From: Simkaniaceae bacterium
Lineage (GTDB): Bacteria; Chlamydiota; Chlamydiia; Chlamydiales; Simkaniaceae
Assembly (NCBI GenBank): GCA_050248615.1
Contig: JBFWSA010000001.1
Location: 13,100-77,099 of the forward strand
Length of the DNA: 64,000 bases
Direction: 5' to 3'
A program made the position numbers and the translations under genes. The notes below the pieces were generated by a model, which was not told the DNA's origin, searched no databases, and saw nothing but the letters and a program-made list of their open reading frames with translations. Shown here piece after piece: positions 60,064-64,000 of the stretch; position 1 is the stretch's first letter; each line of letters opens with the position of its first letter.

Positions 60064-61919
60064 TCAAACGCGCGCTGCGCCTCCCTCCCCATATTGTCTT
60101 GTTGAAACTCCTCCGTATGGCGAAAAACCGTTGGCACCAGTATCGTCGGGAACAAAGAGACCAAAAATACCCTACCTATTCTTCCTATCAGGGGAAGCTT
60201 AGTTCTTTCGTCACTCTTCCCCATCACGTTCCTCAATATACGAAAGATCTCCTAAGTCACTCCTTTGATTTACTCGGGAGTGGTCCTGTAGAGGTCAAAT
60301 ATGGGCTCAAAGCCCCAGGTCTTGAAGGACATGTCTACCCGAGTCAAGCCGCTTTACCTCTAAACAACCGGATCAACCCCAAAAATCTAGACTATGCGGA
60401 AAAAGTGTGGAGTCATCTCGATCCCGATTATACTCCCCTGGATTGGCAAATCGATTTTAAATCAGGATACCGCTGGGAGGAAAAAACACCCAGCCATAAA
60501 ATTGCTTATGGGCACCTTCCCGGAGTCGATGTCAAAGTTCCCTGGGAGCTCGCACGCATGCAGCATCTCCCCCAACTCGCCTGGGCTTATGGAGAGACTA
60601 AAGAGGAAAAATATGTGCGGGAGTTTCAAAATCAAATCCTCGATTTCATTGCCACCAATCCTCCCCGCTTTGGTGTCAACTGGAGCTGCACCATGGATGT
60701 GGGCATCCGGATAGCAAATTGGCTGATCACTTATGATTTGATGCAATGTTACGGAGCCTCTTTCTCACCAGAATTTGAAACCTTCTTCATTTCGAGTGTC
60801 TATGATCATGGGAAGCATATCATTCACCATTTAGAATGGATGCCGACGTTCCGAAGCAATCATTACTTAGCCAATATTGCTGGACTCCTTTTTGTAGGAG
60901 CCTATCTAAGCGGCTGTGAAGAGTGGCTAGACTTCGCTATCGCTGAGTTTATCAAAGAAGTCCCTCTCCAGTTTCATCCAGATGGCTCTTCTTTTGAAGG
61001 GTCTACAAGTTACCACTGCCTCTCTGCACAAATCGTTGCTTATACCTCGGCTTTAGCCATCTCCGTTAAAGGAGAGCGGTGTTTTCCTCAGGAGTATTAT
61101 GAACAGCTCCATAAGATGGCCCTATTTGTCCAAGATATGACTAAACCCAATGGGGCAGTTGTCCAAATCGGCGACCATGATAGTGGCTATCTCTTCCGCC
61201 TTTTCCCCCCTTACGATCAACACCTCAATCGACAACTCTTAATCGATGAACTCCACTTCAAAAGTCTCTATCCCCACCCCTTTCCCCTCTGCAAAGAACC
61301 CTCACACACGTTCATCTCGGGGGATTTAACTCTATTAAAAGAGACCTTTCCTAAAACACAGATTGCCTTTCCTTATAAAAAAGAAAGGATCGATTGTAGG
61401 GCTTACCCCGATTTTGGAATGTATATCTATCGTAGTCCCCATCTCTTTCTATCAGTACGCGTCGGATCGATTGGCCATTTGGGGCGAGGAGGTCATGCCC
61501 ATAACGACCAACTCAGTGTTGAACTCGTCATCGATGGAAAAGAAATTGTCGTCGATCCAGGAACCTATCTCTATACACCGCTTCCGAAAAGGAGGAATGA
61601 TTATCGCTCCGTCACAGCCCATTTCGCCCCCCAAATTTTGGGGAAAGAGCCGAGTGGGATTGAATCAGGAGTGTTTATCCTAGATAGAGATCCTAAAGGA
61701 AAATGCCTCCATTTTGATCGCCACACCTTTTTAGGGATGCATACAGGTTATGGTTTCCCCGTCTATCGTTTGATTCAGTTAGGGGATCAGATTGTCATTA
61801 CTGATTATTCTACTAAAGATCCCCTTGTTCCCCTCGAAAAGGTCCTCAAACAGGTACAACAGGTCCCCTTTTCTCCCGGTTATGGAATGATTAATTATGA
61901 AAATAACAATCATTGTTGA
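60048..61919 (+). CDS. heparinase II/III-like (alginate lyase family) protein
   Basis: DVKVPWELARMQH, GVNW, SNHY, EGSTSYH, GHAHND, DPGTYLY. Confidence 0.85.
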   Translation: MSLRLIKRALRLPPHIVLLKLLRMAKNRWHQYRREQRDQKYPTYSSYQGKLSSFVTLPHHVPQYTKDLLSHSFDLLGSGPVEVKYGLKAPGLEGHVYPSQAALPLNNRINPKNLDYAEKVWSHLDPDYTPLDWQIDFKSGYRWEEKTPSHKIAYGHLPGVDVKVPWELARMQHLPQLAWAYGETKEEKYVREFQNQILDFIATNPPRFGVNWSCTMDVGIRIANWLITYDLMQCYGASFSPEFETFFISSVYDHGKHIIHHLEWMPTFRSNHYLANIAGLLFVGAYLSGCEEWLDFAIAEFIKEVPLQFHPDGSSFEGSTSYHCLSAQIVAYTSALAISVKGERCFPQEYYEQLHKMALFVQDMTKPNGAVVQIGDHDSGYLFRLFPPYDQHLNRQLLIDELHFKSLYPHPFPLCKEPSHTFISGDLTLLKETFPKTQIAFPYKKERIDCRAYPDFGMYIYRSPHLFLSVRVGSIGHLGRGGHAHNDQLSVELVIDGKEIVVDPGTYLYTPLPKRRNDYRSVTAHFAPQILGKEPSGIESGVFILDRDPKGKCLHFDRHTFLGMHTGYGFPVYRLIQLGDQIVITDYSTKDPLVPLEKVLKQVQQVPFSPGYGMINYENNNHC

Positions 61920-62562
61920 TGCTTTTCGTGCTTTTGCCACTGCATCATATGCATTAGAGAAAGACCCCCAAAATTATTACTTAACAAACTCTTGTGTATC
62001 TGTTTCTCAACTGGCCCAATCCGCTCATGATCCCCTACTTATTGGAAAACCAGAAATCGGTTCTATACTTACCTACCACATTCCCAACTCCCCTACAAGA
62101 GTAAAGGAAACTCCTATTTTAGGAAGAGATGTGATCCATCGAACAGCAGCAGGCGCTTTAGGAATTTTAAAAGCAACCGATGCTGACCTGATCTTAGGTG
62201 CGAGTTTTGTAAATGCAGATGCAACTGCAGCCTATGTTCGCTTGTACAAAGGAGCCCAAGTAAAAATTGTTCCCATGGGACATGAGGGAACAACACCCTC
62301 ATTTGAAGATGACCTCTGTGCAGAATATATTGATTCTCTCATTAGAAATGAGTGGAAGGATCTAAGCCCATTTATCGACAAACTCAAAGATGGGCCTGGC
62401 AAGTATTTTTTTGGGGAAGATCAATGGCAATACCCCAAAGAAGACTTTGATTTGTGTATAAAAACAAGACGTTTTCCTTATGTTATTGTTGCAAAGATAC
62501 AAGGAAACTACGCATGTTTAAAAAGGGTAGATGTTCAACTTCCTCAACCATATCAAGTATAA
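61897..62562 (+). CDS. 2-phosphosulfolactate phosphatase (ComB)-like protein
   Basis: IVDAFRAFAT, NSPT, RTAAG, ASFVNA, EDDLCA. Confidence 0.7.
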   Translation: MKITIIVDAFRAFATASYALEKDPQNYYLTNSCVSVSQLAQSAHDPLLIGKPEIGSILTYHIPNSPTRVKETPILGRDVIHRTAAGALGILKATDADLILGASFVNADATAAYVRLYKGAQVKIVPMGHEGTTPSFEDDLCAEYIDSLIRNEWKDLSPFIDKLKDGPGKYFFGEDQWQYPKEDFDLCIKTRRFPYVIVAKIQGNYACLKRVDVQLPQPYQV

Positions 62563-63202
62563 GATCCCGAATCCCACGACCTTTCCATTTAAGTGCATTA
62601 AGCTTTTGCTTTGTCATAGTATTCCAATCTTCACGACTAGTAATCTTCTTAATTTTGACCATATAATCAAAAACCGGAGTATTTAATGCAAAATGCATGG
62701 GATGAATCACAAGAACCTTAACTCCCTCTTGGAGAAGCCTTTTTCTTAATGAATCATCCACCTCAAGAGAATGCTTATGCCATAAATACCCCCCATCTTC
62801 CATAAAAATAGGAACTTCCAGAAATCCAAAACGATCTCTAAAAGGAGAAATAACTTCTAAATCACTACAAACGTTAGAGGAAATGCGCATTCCCGCTTCA
62901 GCCATGGCTTGTTTCGATTGATTACAGGTTTTAAAACGATGGCACCGAAACACAGGACAATTATGAGGAAGAGCCATCACATAATCTACAACTTGATTAA
63001 TTGTAGATCCATGAGATGACTCCGAATCAAAGTAAGGATGCAGTCCTACCTCTAATTCACTTAAACAAGCTTCAACTCTAGAAGAGCGATGAGTAATAAA
63101 AACAGTAGGGTTGATCTTTCTCTTTTGAAAAAAATCTAACGTTTCTTCAATCGCCGGCTCTGGGGCCCAATCCAAATCTAATGTAATAATTAGCCCCTTC
63201 AT
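62483..63202 (-). CDS. WbmS-like polysaccharide deacetylase
   Basis: ITLDLDWAP, TVFITH, EVGLHPYF, RCH, PIFMEDG, HPMH. Confidence 0.75.
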   Translation of the reverse strand: MKGLIITLDLDWAPEPAIEETLDFFQKRKINPTVFITHRSSRVEACLSELEVGLHPYFDSESSHGSTINQVVDYVMALPHNCPVFRCHRFKTCNQSKQAMAEAGMRISSNVCSDLEVISPFRDRFGFLEVPIFMEDGGYLWHKHSLEVDDSLRKRLLQEGVKVLVIHPMHFALNTPVFDYMVKIKKITSREDWNTMTKQKLNALKWKGRGIRDLILDMVEEVEHLPFLNMRSFLVSLQQ

Positions 63203-63999
63203 CGCAGGATCTCATGAAACTGTTTAAAACGCCTTTCATCAATATCATGACGTAAAAAAAGCTCTTCCATAGAAGAATAACTGCGAAGATCCTCTGTCCG
63301 CTGACTCGTTGTCCAGGAATCCCCATCTCTCATGTATTGGGCATTCCCATAAGATAAAATGTTAAAAAGAGAGGCATTCATCTCTCTATTATCTTTAAAG
63401 TGCAATTGAGTACCTCTTCCATGCAAAGCTTCCCTTGCATGGGCGGCAAAAGAGTTAAACACCTCTTGAGAAATAGCATGCTTCTGATCTTTTTCTGGAG
63501 CATCGTAAGACATGTACTGGTAAAACTTCCACCGCGCTACTTTTCCTTTTGCTTCTTCAATTGCATTCAAAATAAAGCTCAATTCATTTGCCAAAGACAT
63601 GTGATTTTTTTGGCTTATTACACTGTGAAGTTTCAATTCAATACCACATTTCGTAAGACGGCTACAGACATGGACAATACGATCGAAATACTGATGAAAT
63701 TTCTGATTATTTCTTCCAATAGAAGTCAAAAAGTTATCTTGGGCTCCATCAATTGTGACAGCAACCATATCGACAACACCTTCCATCTCAGAAATCACAT
63801 TTTCATCTAAAAATGTGCCGTTGGTGTACACTTCGATTTCTAGATTTTTTGCTGGGTCTTTGCTTTTATACTGACGGATATGACGGAGGAGTTCAATAAA
63901 TCCGCTAGGGGGACGTTTTCCAAAAATTACAACTTCTCCTCCTGACAGTGTTAATCTTCGAAAATTTAACCTCTCATACAGATGGGAAATAAATTCCTT
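63199..63999 (-). CDS. radical SAM protein, viperin-like (5' end beyond the window)
   Basis: The frame stays open to the window edge, adding KEFISHLYERLNFRRLTLSGGEVV..IEVYTNG; then VTIDG, IGR, LKLHSVI, RWKFYQ, DNREMNAS. Confidence 0.7.
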   Translation of the reverse strand, partial: KEFISHLYERLNFRRLTLSGGEVVIFGKRPPSGFIELLRHIRQYKSKDPAKNLEIEVYTNGTFLDENVISEMEGVVDMVAVTIDGAQDNFLTSIGRNNQKFHQYFDRIVHVCSRLTKCGIELKLHSVISQKNHMSLANELSFILNAIEEAKGKVARWKFYQYMSYDAPEKDQKHAISQEVFNSFAAHAREALHGRGTQLHFKDNREMNASLFNILSYGNAQYMRDGDSWTTSQRTEDLRSYSSMEELFLRHDIDERRFKQFHEILR

Positions 64000-64000
64000 C

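Overview
This is a gene-dense bacterial chromosome segment from an environmental member of the Chlamydiota. The assignment rests on euo, a very long SecDF, DUF2709, an NTT nucleotide transporter and Chlamydia-like gene order; the two MOMP-like/Lpg1974-type porin genes suggest a Simkaniaceae-like lineage (inference). Positions 1-47 kb are mostly core genes (plsC-cmk-cdsA-uppS-purA, secDF-recJ, euo, tsp, gltX, ispF, murA, argS, tsaE-engB-dnaQ-pgk, ntt, pgsA, sppA/sohB-polA-coaE-rho). These are interrupted by accessory genes: a radical SAM/SPASM protein, a RimK plus GATase-II pair, an AAA-DUF4143 protein, a methyltransferase and the porins. Positions 47.4-62.6 kb hold a surface-polysaccharide locus. 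The window ends in a minus-strand pair: a WbmS-like deacetylase and a viperin-like radical SAM gene cut by the window edge. The most striking non-genic signal is a set of at least seven 128-168 bp palindromic elements plus one remnant. Their terminal inverted repeats are mostly unrelated, but their size and architecture are nearly the same. Several supply stop codons or gene ends, and two share an internal core under different ends. I saw no rRNA, tRNA, CRISPR array or transposase gene. Product calls come from motif recognition only; no database searches were run.
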